Shown here one piece after another: positions 48,379-58,792 of a stretch of DNA of 64,000 nucleotides; position 1 is the stretch's first letter, and the number at the start of each line of letters is the position of its first letter. The position numbers and the translations under genes are program-made. The stretch lies in contig OZ251459.1 in the NCBI GenBank assembly GCA_965242525.1, positions 3,840,001 through 3,904,000 on the forward strand, in the 5' to 3' direction. This DNA is from an uncultured Candidatus Binatia bacterium. GTDB taxonomy: Bacteria > Desulfobacterota > Binatia > UBA9968 > JAJDTQ01. Below the pieces are notes generated by a model. That model searched no databases. It saw only the letters and a program-made list of their open reading frames with translations, and was not told the origin of the DNA.

Positions 48379-51300
48379 TCACACATCCGGAATGACGAGA
48401 GGGAGAGAGCAGTTCGTCGACACCGGCTCCACTTCGCTCCCATTGTTGCGGCCACAACGAGTCAATTTGAAGTGACGAGTGGTCGCACCGAAGGTGTTTG
48501 CAATGTCGGCGATTGCACGAGACGTGGCGACGACCGCATGCCCTTCGGCTTCCGTGTTGTCAAATACAGGGCCAGCGCGTCCGTACCATCCGTCCACCCA
48601 CCAGATAGTTTCGACCGCAAGCTCCCCAGCCACAGTTCGCCAACAACCCGGTCGGGTAGGATCGGCAATCCATGCCAGCTTTGCTGCAAATTCAGGATTG
48701 AATGAAAGCCAGTCAGCGCGGACCTGATGAAACCGGTCGCCAGAGTTCTCGATGATCAAGGGATCTCCATTTTTCGGCAGTCTTCCGACAGGTGCGGTTG
48801 CGAGGTCCTTCAAGGTCATTGAGTGGCAAGAGGCGAGGATTCGGTCTTCAAGAGACAATTTCGTTCCGATGGTCGTTCCACACTGGAATGTTTCTTCCAG
48901 GTAACCCCAGTTCAAAACTCTCAGACGACTTCTTGCACCGATAAGCACCCGATCCTTGTATATGGACATGGTGAGATATTGCTCAAGCCGATCCTTGATC
49001 TCTTCGCGCCATCGGGCAATGGTCTGGTCATGACCTGCCGGCGGCGCAGGTGGGAGGACCTCCGGGCGGCTCTCCGCAGTGCGGCTCAAGGCATCGATGT
49101 CCAAAGTACGAAGTCGGCGGCACATTTCTGGTGACGCGTCTTCGAGCAAACCCGCGTCTCGTATATCAGCCAGGACTCGGCCGAACGCAGCGCGCGACGC
49201 GGCAATCCTCATAGTTGAGTATCTGAATTGAATCTGGGAGGAGGAATTGAGAGTACTCCGAACGACTTCCGGATCCGGGAGTGTAGCTAGTGCGGTGGAG
49301 GCATAGTGTGCCGCGATCGCTAATAATGTATGGAAGTTCAACCCCAGGTCGTCTGCAAGTATTGCATATTGCTCCAGGTGAGGGATGAGCAATACAGGGA
49401 TGGAACCAATAGGCGTGTCTGCCGGCTGAGGCAAATTCAATTGATACAACGGAGAAAGAGGTCGGTGGACGGATGACGATGAGGGGTCAACAAGATCACG
49501 GATAATTTGGCTAGGGTGGTTCGACAGTATGCATACTAGAGATTGAAGGGAGGCGGGAATGACGTATCCGTCTTGAGATTTGGCTCCAGCAAGGCAGCGT
49601 CCAGTTCGCTCCAAAATCTCGTCGCTTGAGTTAGGTTGGGCAAATCGGGCAAGTGCCTCGGCAACGAATCTGAATTTATTTCCAAGTGCGCGAATAACGA
49701 TGGCGGTAGCGGCGTCACGAACGAGAAAGGCAGGATGCGAAAGGTGTCCTACTGCAAGTTCCGCAAGTGCAGTCTGGGGATTTGATTCAGCGGCGGCCAC
49801 GCGTCGATCTCCATTGGGCGTGGGCATCCACCAGTAACATCCATGGTCTTGGAGAACATCCGGGCCGGGTAGTATTAGGCTTTCCGCGATCCCTTCGATA
49901 TAGCTGCGGACCTCCCGCCATATCGTCGGGGCGTCGAGGTCGGGATCGAGTATCGCGACAAGGTTATCCAGTTCGTTCAGCAACATGGGCGCCAGCCAAC
50001 GGCTTTCGTTAAGGTCATGAACGAGATACTTACACACATTCGCGCGCGCATCTGCATCGCCTAGCCGAATCGCAACGGCGGCTGCGTGTTGGCGGGTTCC
50101 GCCATCATATAGACGTGACCAGGACATACTTTCTGCCTCTTGTAGGATTCTGTTGGCAAACGACAACGCGGTTTTCGGGTATCCGTTTCGCTCGGCGGCC
50201 TTGCCAAGAGAAAGAAAAACTCGCATATTTTCTCTCGATCCGTCGTCAAATAGTTCGGTCAGCTTTTGCAGGTCTTCCTGTGTGAAGGTCAGTTGATCGA
50301 TGATCGGTGCCCAATGGAACAGTGAATCGTCAGTCTCTCTATGGCGAAAGGAGATGATGTCGTCGGCATTCCTTATATGCGAGGCAACATCGTCGCGTGC
50401 TATCCTCTGACCATCGGACAGTACCAGTGCATCGTAATGATGGTTATTTGATTTTTTCAGATTTTTGTGCTTGTATTTCCCGTCCTCGGTCCCGAGGCCG
50501 AGACCTTGCCGCCATTCGTTTCGCGTAGTCGATAGCGCATACTTGTCGGTACGAGTGGTGACCGACTTCGCCAGGATCGTGTGTGTTCCCTTCTTACCAC
50601 CACTTTTGGCCGCCACGATCAGAGACTCGGCGAGCTTTGGATGCGCACGGTTCGCCGCAGGAGCAAGCAACTCGGCAGTGATGTCCGCCGCTAGCTCGAC
50701 AGTGGCGATCTCTTCGGCACCACTATGTGTCAGGAGCCCGTCAATCAAGGCAGCGAGACACTCAAGATGATCGACCGTATGGTGCCGAACGAGAAATTCG
50801 AAAATGCGGACAGCCGCCACCGGATCTGCAGGGACTACTGCCGAGGGAAGATGGACTGCTGCCGATCCAGGAGCCCCTTCGGTCGTTGGGTTCGTCGCTA
50901 CGAGAACGCGGGCGAGCCAAGCGGCATCCTCGACACATCCTTCGCCTTCCGGTTGTGCGAGAGCCTTTGCCAGCCAGGAAACCCAAGTACCGCACTGATA
51001 ATCCTTGTGATATCCGACCCCAAACGCCATTCTTATCAATGAAAGTACGATACGGTATGCGCTTTCCTTCTCACCATTCTTGGAATAACGAACTACGAGG
51101 CTGGCCATATTTGCCACTCGCTCATCCATCGATTCTGAGAATATGGTTTCTTCGACTTCACAGAGTGTCTTCCGATAGAAAGAAACGTTTGCGCCTGCTG
51201 ATTGGAGATAATCGGCCAGTTCAAGTCGTAATGCCATTGGCCACTCGTCCGGATGGTCCTCGAACAGGCGCATGAGAGTATCACTTAAGCGCTGAGGGAG

Positions 51301-51723
51301 GGGATTATGGTAGTTTCTGCTATACCTGTGAGCTACATTGATGGCTATACTAAATAGTTGAGATCTTTTCTGTGTAATCAAACTATGATTAGCGCTACTT
51401 TGGCGTTCCGTTCGCAAAAAGATGGAGAAGACCAAAGTAATTTCTCTCCAGACTTCGTTCGCTGGTACCTGTCGATTCGAGATCGTCTCTGCGTCCAGGC
51501 GCCCCAAGGTTCTGACCGCCGAATCGATGCAGGCAGCGAGTTCGATGGCGTCGACGTCACCATGTACGGAAGCGTCCCGAGATATTCCGCTTCCAGCCGG
51601 AGCATCAGGAGGAACGGACTCCGGAATCTCTTCATCATATGAGGCGAGAAGGTGCCGAAGCCGCCAGTACCGAAAATGGCGACAGATAATATTGAAATCG
51701 TGACTGAAAGCTAACGTTTCCAC
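48379..51723 (-). CDS. C-terminal helical/TPR-like half of an Avs-like STAND protein (split by frameshift)
   Basis: 1114 aa, helical; its frame stays open upstream into the 3' end of the STAND ORF. Confidence 0.65.
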   Translation of the reverse strand: METLAFSHDFNIICRHFRYWRLRHLLASYDEEIPESVPPDAPAGSGISRDASVHGDVDAIELAACIDSAVRTLGRLDAETISNRQVPANEVWREITLVFSIFLRTERQSSANHSLITQKRSQLFSIAINVAHRYSRNYHNPLPQRLSDTLMRLFEDHPDEWPMALRLELADYLQSAGANVSFYRKTLCEVEETIFSESMDERVANMASLVVRYSKNGEKESAYRIVLSLIRMAFGVGYHKDYQCGTWVSWLAKALAQPEGEGCVEDAAWLARVLVATNPTTEGAPGSAAVHLPSAVVPADPVAAVRIFEFLVRHHTVDHLECLAALIDGLLTHSGAEEIATVELAADITAELLAPAANRAHPKLAESLIVAAKSGGKKGTHTILAKSVTTRTDKYALSTTRNEWRQGLGLGTEDGKYKHKNLKKSNNHHYDALVLSDGQRIARDDVASHIRNADDIISFRHRETDDSLFHWAPIIDQLTFTQEDLQKLTELFDDGSRENMRVFLSLGKAAERNGYPKTALSFANRILQEAESMSWSRLYDGGTRQHAAAVAIRLGDADARANVCKYLVHDLNESRWLAPMLLNELDNLVAILDPDLDAPTIWREVRSYIEGIAESLILPGPDVLQDHGCYWWMPTPNGDRRVAAAESNPQTALAELAVGHLSHPAFLVRDAATAIVIRALGNKFRFVAEALARFAQPNSSDEILERTGRCLAGAKSQDGYVIPASLQSLVCILSNHPSQIIRDLVDPSSSSVHRPLSPLYQLNLPQPADTPIGSIPVLLIPHLEQYAILADDLGLNFHTLLAIAAHYASTALATLPDPEVVRSTLNSSSQIQFRYSTMRIAASRAAFGRVLADIRDAGLLEDASPEMCRRLRTLDIDALSRTAESRPEVLPPAPPAGHDQTIARWREEIKDRLEQYLTMSIYKDRVLIGARSRLRVLNWGYLEETFQCGTTIGTKLSLEDRILASCHSMTLKDLATAPVGRLPKNGDPLIIENSGDRFHQVRADWLSFNPEFAAKLAWIADPTRPGCWRTVAGELAVETIWWVDGWYGRAGPVFDNTEAEGHAVVATSRAIADIANTFGATTRHFKLTRCGRNNGSEVEPVSTNCSLPLVIPDV

Positions 51724-51725
51724 TG

Positions 51726-54584
51726 TTAGGGCATTGCTATATGGCGTATGATCAAGCAGGGAAATTGCTTGATCGACATTTCCGTAATAGAAAAGAAGAA
51801 GCTCGGCAGCGTCGATTCTGAGAGTGGAACGTCGGACAGTGTAAATAGCAGGCGATCCAAAGAAGATTTAGCAGCGTCTGTTGTTGAAGCCTGTTCAAGT
51901 AACCTCTGCTGTGCACGGACGCGGAGATGTATTAGCGTCGCGATCTTGGAATTCCCGTCACCGTCTCTATATTCCTCGTCCTCGCAAGCCTCACGCCGAA
52001 GCCGGTAGTCCTTGAGCTGATTTACATGTTCAGCAAGAGCCGAATCGATCATGGTGAGCGCCTTTTCATCACTCTTGGTCGTCATCGCGTCGATAAGCGC
52101 TTTATTCATCCTTCGATAGCGAAGCCATCGCTCGGCTTCTGCGTGCTTGTCGTTTGGCGTATTTTTCGGCTCTTTCTCGACTTGACTCCGGATTGCAGCG
52201 ATGATGTATTCTGGCGGACGAAAAAGCACGGCGGCTCGTGTCCAGGCTAAAGCGGCGTCATCTTCCTGACCGGCCACTGATGTTCGCTTATGGTCATCGA
52301 GGCCATCCTGCTCTATCTGATCAAAGAGTCGTCGTCCTGCGGAATCATCTGCGTCTCCCAGTTTTGCGGCCAGTTCATAGGCATACGCAAGTGGTACTTG
52401 CCGCGTCTCAGATCCACACCAGGAAATGGCCTCCTTGACCAGCCCAGCTTCGTACAGAAGGGCGGGCATATTGACATTCTCAAGAGATGAAGTTCGAGAT
52501 GTCAACTCGACAGAGGCGAGGAGTAATCGAAGTATCCCTAAAACGTCGGTGCGGTTCGCGGCGACGTCCAGTGCGAAAGCGATATCTTGTCGAATGAGAG
52601 CGGGTGAACGTAGGCGTCGATATTGTTCACGAAAAACGCTTTGTTGCGCCAAGCTCATGACTTTGTCGTACTGGTTTCCGCAGTATCGGTGATAAAGTTG
52701 TTCTCCGGCAATGTTGTGGTCGGTTGCATTGGCGCAAAGGTCAGCGATACGTCGGTGAGTTCGGACTTCCATGCGGGGATCAGGGCACTGTTCGTCGCCC
52801 CAGGCAGTGCGGTCGGCGGTGAATTGTCGAAAGGAGTCATGGAAAAATCGCCATCTGTCCTGGTAGCGATTAAACAGATACAGGAATTTATCCCGGAAGG
52901 TTCTCACGGCAGCAGACGGTGCCCAGTCGGAAAGCCACCCCGTTGTGAATCCGTTTCGCAATCGAGAACAGACGGCAAGAATGTCCACGATATCGTTGTC
53001 GTCTCTCACTTCATCCCAAATCGCCCGATACTCGGCCTCGATGTCGCCTGAGTATGCGGGTAGTGCGGCAAGTATTTCCGCGTCATGTCTTTCGCCGCCA
53101 TTGCGGAGACGGTTCAGGAGATAACTTAGTGCCAGCGGATACCCGCGACTGAGTTCGACGATGCGCTGGTGAGTCTCCGCTGCTAGATTCTTCGTGATCG
53201 GCAGGCGGCGGCAGATCTTGAGGATGGCTGTCGGAGGCAGGCAGTGATGCTGAAGGTTGACAATGGTCTCTCGTTCGTGGAGTTGTTGTTGTGCATACGC
53301 GTGAAGAGGCTCCAGAGTCCGACTGCCGACTATAAACAGGACGCCGTCAGGCGTTTCGTCGGGACGAGGCAATTCTGAGAGCAGGTCGTCGTTGCCGGAA
53401 TAGTCGCGCCGGACATGGTCGAGACCATCGACGACAATGATCGTCCGACGACCCGTACGCTGGAACTCGGCACTCGCCGTGTCAAGCTTGTTGGTGAACT
53501 GTTGTCGGAGCGTCTCGATTTCGGTGCTGGGAAGTTCAGGTTCGTTACCGGAATTATCGCCGCCGCTCAGCATGAGCATCATGTCGTGCAGGAAGCCTCG
53601 AGCGCTCAGGCGTGTTTTGGCCGGCGCAGTGCCGGAAATGTAGGCATAATAACGGACGATTCGATCAGTGCTTCCTGAGAGTGATTGGCTCAGCAGTGTC
53701 GATTTTCCGGAGCCTGGTGGGCCGATCACAGCAAAATAGCCGCGGTCATGGCGAGTGATCGATTGGGATAGCTGATCGATTGCGTCGGCAAGCGGCTCAT
53801 AGGTGTCCAGGTCGACGGGAAATTCATGGCGGCTACGCAGACGCGGCCGATTTTCCCAATGCATCAGGTCAAGAACATCGTCGGCATTCATTTCGACGAC
53901 ATCGGATGCTTCCGAGACGCAACGTTTGAGGGTGTCTGAAAGTGCGATGATGTCCGATCGTCGTGTTGATTGTGACGTCGGCAGACCCGACTCGACAGCA
54001 ACATCAATGTGCAGTGACTGGAGGAATCGCTCAAACTTATCGCCCGCGAGCCCGCTGGCGTCTTGAAGCTTCTCAAGAGCTGGCCGCCATTCAGTGGGGA
54101 CGTCTTCGAGAGTTATATTCTTCAAGCGGAGTGGTTTGAGCACTCGGGTGAGGAAGGCGCTGAAGTGATCCGGAGATGGCTGGTTTGCACGACTCCCTAG
54201 TTGATCGTTGACCGAGGCAACCTGATTGGTGACGAGATGGACGTAGCTATCCTTCCTTTCTCTCTGTATAGAAATCCAGCCATCAGAAAGCGCCCGGACC
54301 AAAGACGCTCCGGATTTTCCGCTACGTGTGCGTTGATTCCGGACGACGTCATTGAAAGTGAGAGCATTGGGGGACTCGACCCTCTTGAACTGATAACCGT
54401 CAACGCGCCCGCGTCGGATGAGCAGCAGATCGTCAACACGCCCGGCGTCAGGGTCCGTCAGCCGCAGAGATTCCAGGTCGTGATTGAGCAGCGCGTCATA
54501 GACAAGTGCTGCGATGTGATCGTATTGCCACTGATATCCGCGAAGAGCGGAGCGTTCACCGGACGCCGGTGGTCTGTTCATCAC
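51726..54584 (-). CDS. Nuclease-STAND NTPase (Avs3a-like), N-terminal half
   Basis: ALRGYQWQY...RVDDL...GYQFK (Cap4-like PD-(D/E)xK variant), Walker A GPPGSGKS, Walker B IIVVDGLD, GYPLAL, FFHDSF. Confidence 0.78.
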   Translation of the reverse strand: MMNRPPASGERSALRGYQWQYDHIAALVYDALLNHDLESLRLTDPDAGRVDDLLLIRRGRVDGYQFKRVESPNALTFNDVVRNQRTRSGKSGASLVRALSDGWISIQRERKDSYVHLVTNQVASVNDQLGSRANQPSPDHFSAFLTRVLKPLRLKNITLEDVPTEWRPALEKLQDASGLAGDKFERFLQSLHIDVAVESGLPTSQSTRRSDIIALSDTLKRCVSEASDVVEMNADDVLDLMHWENRPRLRSRHEFPVDLDTYEPLADAIDQLSQSITRHDRGYFAVIGPPGSGKSTLLSQSLSGSTDRIVRYYAYISGTAPAKTRLSARGFLHDMMLMLSGGDNSGNEPELPSTEIETLRQQFTNKLDTASAEFQRTGRRTIIVVDGLDHVRRDYSGNDDLLSELPRPDETPDGVLFIVGSRTLEPLHAYAQQQLHERETIVNLQHHCLPPTAILKICRRLPITKNLAAETHQRIVELSRGYPLALSYLLNRLRNGGERHDAEILAALPAYSGDIEAEYRAIWDEVRDDNDIVDILAVCSRLRNGFTTGWLSDWAPSAAVRTFRDKFLYLFNRYQDRWRFFHDSFRQFTADRTAWGDEQCPDPRMEVRTHRRIADLCANATDHNIAGEQLYHRYCGNQYDKVMSLAQQSVFREQYRRLRSPALIRQDIAFALDVAANRTDVLGILRLLLASVELTSRTSSLENVNMPALLYEAGLVKEAISWCGSETRQVPLAYAYELAAKLGDADDSAGRRLFDQIEQDGLDDHKRTSVAGQEDDAALAWTRAAVLFRPPEYIIAAIRSQVEKEPKNTPNDKHAEAERWLRYRRMNKALIDAMTTKSDEKALTMIDSALAEHVNQLKDYRLRREACEDEEYRDGDGNSKIATLIHLRVRAQQRLLEQASTTDAAKSSLDRLLFTLSDVPLSESTLPSFFFSITEMSIKQFPCLIIRHIAMP

Positions 54585-54786
54585 CGACCTCCTATTCGCA
54601 TGAAATAGACGGACCCAGTTCGAGGTCCTGACTCCATATCCAGCATCCTGCCTTCAGATAGGTCGAAACGAGATTGAAAGCGTGTCGATCTATACGGACA
54701 ATCCTACCAGAAGGGGCCTGAGAAATCTAGTGATGGCGCGATTTTGAGAGGTGTCGCGCTGGCCGGCAGAGTCACGTATGCCATGT

Positions 54787-55797
54787 GGCTCTTCCGGCTT
54801 TCCTATGGGTAAGGTAGGCGAGGGAGGGTGTGCGACAGGGCAGAGGGAGCGGCAAGGGAGGGAGCAATGCGAGACCGGGAGTTGTACGCGAGGATACTGG
54901 GGATCGAGGCGCCGTGGCGGGTGGAAGGGGTGGAGTTGAACCTGGAGGAGGGAGAGGTGGTGGTACAGGTGGAGCACGCGGGAGGGGGGTTGCGGTGTCC
55001 GGAGTGTGGGCGTGGCGGGAGCCGGTATGACACGCGGCAGCGTCGGTGGCGTCATCTGGACACGTGCCAGTACCGGACGATCCTGGCGGCGGGTGTACCC
55101 CGGGTGGAGTGCGAGGAGCACAAGGTGAAGCAGGTGCGGGTTCCGTGGGGGGAAGAGCGGTCGCGGTTCACGGCGATATTCGAGGCGTTGATCCTGGACT
55201 GGCTGCAACAGGCGAGCATTGCGGGGGTGGCGGCGATGATGGGGCTGAGTTGGATGAGGTGGACGGGGTGAGGCGTCGCGGGGTGGAGCGGGGCTTGGAG
55301 CGGCGGCAGGAACAGCGGAAGCTGCCGGGAGAGGGGGCGCAACGGCTCAAGGGCAGCCGCTACCTGTGGCTGAAGAACCCCCGGCACATGGACTGGCAGC
55401 GATGGAAAGCGTTCGGGGCGCTGCGGGACAGCGCGCTACAGACCGCCCGGGCCTGGGGCTACAAGGAGCACGCCATGACCCTGTGGGAGTACCGCAGCCG
55501 CGCCTGGGCGCGCAAGGCCTGGCTGGCCTGGTATCGCTCGGCCATCCGTTGCCGCCTGGAACCGGTCAAGCGTGTGGCCCGCATGGTTCGGAAGCACCTG
55601 GAAGGCATCCTCACTGCAGTGGTCCAGCGGGTCACCAACGCCCGGGCCGAAGGGATCAACTCCGGTATCCAGTGGGTGAAGTACCGCGCCCGCGGCTACC
55701 GCAACCGTCAACGCTTCCGGGACGCCATCTACTTCCACTTCGGTGGCCTCGATGTCTACCCCCATGGCGTCGCTCGAAGACCCCTTACCCACACGAA
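54787..55797 (+). mobile_element. Defective ISL3-family insertion sequence (frameshift, internal deletion, truncated right IR)
   Basis: Left end GGCTCTTCCGGCTTTCC; ATG 54867 with CPEC...RRWRHLD...PRVEC Zn finger; TNARAEGINSGIQ..K.RARGYRN C-terminus in another frame; central DDE region missing; right end acccacacgaa cut short. Confidence 0.88.
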
Positions 55798-55970
55798 TGT
55801 TTCCAAGGATACTTCCCGTAGTCGGTTTCTCTACTTGCCCGCGAAAGAGGCCGGCAAGCCCCTTGTCTTCCGTGGCGAAGCCCAGGGACACGTTGCGCTT
55901 CATCGGCGTCCAACCCCTGTCATGGAGTCTATTGAGTGAATCGCGGTCGGTCAAGAGAGCCTGCGGTGCG

Positions 55971-56083
55971 CGTTACACGCCCGCGAGCCGGGTTGCCGGT
56001 TCTCGAACCTCGATGGCCTCCACGTCTTTCGCCATCAGGTAGCGGTCGTCCCCGGCCTACGCCACGAACGCCCGGTCAGGGTC
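55971..56083 (-). repeat. Diverged duplicate of the 3' end of the AAA-DUF4143 gene (copy of 57621-57733)
   Basis: Ungapped alignment at an offset of 1650 bp, e.g. shared cgatggcctccacgtctttcgccatc. Confidence 0.9.
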
Positions 56084-56166
56084 GAGCGGTAGATAGGGGG
56101 GTTTTCGGTTGCTGCTCTCCATGATAGACTACGGCAATAACTCGCCATATTTAGCAGGTTGCCGCA

Positions 56167-56802
56167 ATGAAATTTCAGGATCTGGTGGCCATCGTCGCGG
56201 ACGAGCCGGTGTTCGAAACGGGGTTGCTGTTGGCCGGGCCGGGCGACCCCGCCCACGTCCAGCGCCAGCTTTCGCGCTGGACACGGACGGGCCGGATCCG
56301 GCAACTGCGCCGCGGGCTGTACACGCTGGGCCCGCCGTGGCGCAAATGCGTCCCGCATCCTTTCCTGGTAGCCAATCGACTCGTGCCCGGCTCCTACGTC
56401 AGCGGCGTCTCCGTCCTGGCTCATGCCCAGGTGATTCCCGAGTACGTTGCCGAGGTCACCAGCATCACCGGACGGCGGCCGCACGTCCAAAGCTCGTCTT
56501 CGGGGCGGTTCTCGTTCCGCCATCTCAAGGCCGACTTCCGGTTCGGCTACCGCCAAGTGGATCTGGGCGAAGGCCAGCAGGCGTTCGTGGCGGCCCCCGA
56601 GAAAGCGTTGCTGGACCTCGTCCATCTGCAACCCGGCGGCGACGACCAAGCCTACCTGCAGGAGCTGCGCCTCAACTTCGACCCGCTCTGCATGGATACC
56701 CTGAGCGAGTTCGCGGCACGGTGGGGGACGCCGAAGATCACACGGGCCGCCCGCTGCCTCCGCGAGTTGGCCGCCCACGAGCCGAAATACGAGACGTTGT
56801 GA
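56167..56802 (+). CDS. AbiEi-like type IV antitoxin / transcriptional regulator
   Basis: N-terminal wHTH (QLSRW..GRI.QLRRGLY), SYVSG.S.L, A.PEKALLD. Confidence 0.82.
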   Translation: MKFQDLVAIVADEPVFETGLLLAGPGDPAHVQRQLSRWTRTGRIRQLRRGLYTLGPPWRKCVPHPFLVANRLVPGSYVSGVSVLAHAQVIPEYVAEVTSITGRRPHVQSSSSGRFSFRHLKADFRFGYRQVDLGEGQQAFVAAPEKALLDLVHLQPGGDDQAYLQELRLNFDPLCMDTLSEFAARWGTPKITRAARCLRELAAHEPKYETL

Positions 56803-57599
56803 AAGACCACCTCCTGACGTTGGTCCGGGAACGCGAACCCTTGCAGGCGCGAAACCTCGTCCGCGAGTACCTGCAGGCCCGCATCCTCGGCGCCATGCAG
56901 CGCGCCGGCGCAATGACGACCTTGGCGTTCCAGGGCGGCACGTGCCTGCGTTTCCTCTTCGCGTTGCCGCGTTATTCCGAAGACCTCGATTTCACCCTGG
57001 AAGGCGAACCGTCGCAGTACGACCTGCCGCGGTACCTGCGATCCCTTCGCACGGAGCTGTCCGCGGAGCGGTATCAGGTCGATCTCCGCGTCCGGCAACA
57101 CCGCGTGGTGCACAGCGCCCTGGTGGGCTTTCCCGGCCTGCTGTACGAGCTCGGCCTGTCACCGCGCGCCTCGGAAGCGCTGGCGATCCGGATCGACGTG
57201 GACACCCGCCCTCCCGCGGGCGCGGAGACCGCCGTCAGCCTGGTGCGCCGGCACGTGACCCTGAGGCTCTACCACCATGACCGGCCTTCACTCCTGGCCG
57301 GCAAGTTGCACGCCGTCCTTCAACGGCCTTACACCAAGGGGCGCGACCTCCATGACCTGATCTGGTACCTGAGCGACCGCGCCTGGCCGGCGCCCAACCT
57401 GCCGCTGCTGAACGCCTCCCTCCGGCAGACCGGCTGGGCGGGCGCGGAGTTGACGCCGGATTCCTGGCGGCAGACCGTCGCCCGTCGCCTCGATGCCCTG
57501 GACTGGCGGCGCGCCGCCATGGACGTAGCCCCCTTTCTCGAGCGCCAAGAGGACGTAGAGCTGGTCACGAAGGACAACGCAAGGAGCTTGCTCGTCTGA
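56799..57599 (+). CDS. AbiEii-like nucleotidyltransferase toxin
   Basis: GTGA overlap with the antitoxin; FQGGTCLR...RYSEDLDF, GKLHA..R..KGRDLHDL. Confidence 0.88.
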   Translation: MKDHLLTLVREREPLQARNLVREYLQARILGAMQRAGAMTTLAFQGGTCLRFLFALPRYSEDLDFTLEGEPSQYDLPRYLRSLRTELSAERYQVDLRVRQHRVVHSALVGFPGLLYELGLSPRASEALAIRIDVDTRPPAGAETAVSLVRRHVTLRLYHHDRPSLLAGKLHAVLQRPYTKGRDLHDLIWYLSDRAWPAPNLPLLNASLRQTGWAGAELTPDSWRQTVARRLDALDWRRAAMDVAPFLERQEDVELVTKDNARSLLV

Positions 57600-57622
57600 C
57601 GGCAGGCCGGTCTGCTGGTGCG

Positions 57623-58792
57623 CTACACGCTCGCGAGCCGGGTGGCCAGTTCTCGAACCCCGATGGCCTCCACGTCTTTCGCCATCGGGTAGCGTTCGTC
57701 TCCGGCGTACGCCACGAACGTCCGGTCCGGGTTCAGGTCCTGGCGCGCGGTGTGGAAGCCGCGGCTGACCCTGGCGCTCAGGGAACGCTTGATCTCGACG
57801 GCCCAAGTCTGCCCGTTCGCATGTTCGATCACCAAGTCCACTTCCGCGCCCGCGCTGGTCCGGTAGAAGGAGGCCGACGACGGCCACGGCAGCGCCGAGA
57901 GCAGGGTCTCGATGACCCAACCCTCCCAACTGCGCCCCACCACGGGGTGGCCTGCCAGTTCGATGGACGAGGGAATGCCCAGCAGGGCGTGGACCAGCCC
58001 GCTGTCCCGCACATAGACCTTCGGCGACTTCACCAGGCGCTTGCCCACGTTGGCTCGCAGGGGCGTCAAACGGCGCACCAGCAGCAGGTCCGCCAGCAGG
58101 TCGATGTAGCGCGTCACGGACTGGGCGCTCACCTCCAACGCCTGGGCCAACCACGAGGCGTTCAGGATGGCGCCCTGGTTGTGGGCGAGCATGGTCCAGA
58201 GCCGCTCCAGGGCGGCGGCCGGGACGCGCGGTCCGAACGCGGCGACGTCGCGCTCCAGGTAGGTCCGGATGAAGTCCCTGCGCCACGCCAGGCTCGCCCG
58301 GTCGGAGGCCGCCAAATAGCTGTCCGGGAAGCCGCCGCGCAGCCAGAGCCGCTCCCGGTCCGCTCGCCGGTCCTCCACTTCCAGCACGGAAAACGGCCCC
58401 AGGTGGACGTAGCCGATGCGTCCCGCCAGCGACTCGCCGGACTGGCGCAGCAGGTCCATGGATGCGGAGCCCAGCACGAGGAAGCGGCCCACGCCCTTGC
58501 CCTTGCGCCGTCCGCGGTCGATGACGCCGCGGAGGGTCTGGAACAACTCGGGGGTGCGGTGGATCTCGTCCAGTATGACGAGGCGGTCCTCCAGGCCCTC
58601 CAGGAACAGGTTCGGCTCGCTCAGCCGCCCGCGGTCGTCGCCGTTCTCCAGGTCCAGGTAAACCGCGTCCCGCGTGCGGGCGATTTCCAGCGCCAGCGTG
58701 GTCTTGCCGGCCTGCCGCGGCCCCAGGAGCGCCACCGCTGCCTGGCGGGTGAGGGCCTCCAGGACTTGGTCTTTGACTCCTCGAGGCAGCAT
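57623..58792 (-). CDS. AAA_14 ATPase with C-terminal DUF4143 (PD-(D/E)xK-like) domain
   Basis: GPRQAGKT, ILDEIH, LGSAS, ESLAGR, GGFP, KSPKVYVRDSG, EVDLV...AVEIK. Confidence 0.9.
   Translation of the reverse strand: MLPRGVKDQVLEALTRQAAVALLGPRQAGKTTLALEIARTRDAVYLDLENGDDRGRLSEPNLFLEGLEDRLVILDEIHRTPELFQTLRGVIDRGRRKGKGVGRFLVLGSASMDLLRQSGESLAGRIGYVHLGPFSVLEVEDRRADRERLWLRGGFPDSYLAASDRASLAWRRDFIRTYLERDVAAFGPRVPAAALERLWTMLAHNQGAILNASWLAQALEVSAQSVTRYIDLLADLLLVRRLTPLRANVGKRLVKSPKVYVRDSGLVHALLGIPSSIELAGHPVVGRSWEGWVIETLLSALPWPSSASFYRTSAGAEVDLVIEHANGQTWAVEIKRSLSARVSRGFHTARQDLNPDRTFVAYAGDERYPMAKDVEAIGVRELATRLASV

Noticed and set aside
55798-55954. Possible gene fragment on the - strand next to the ISL3 right end
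   Set aside because: Too short and no recognisable motif.
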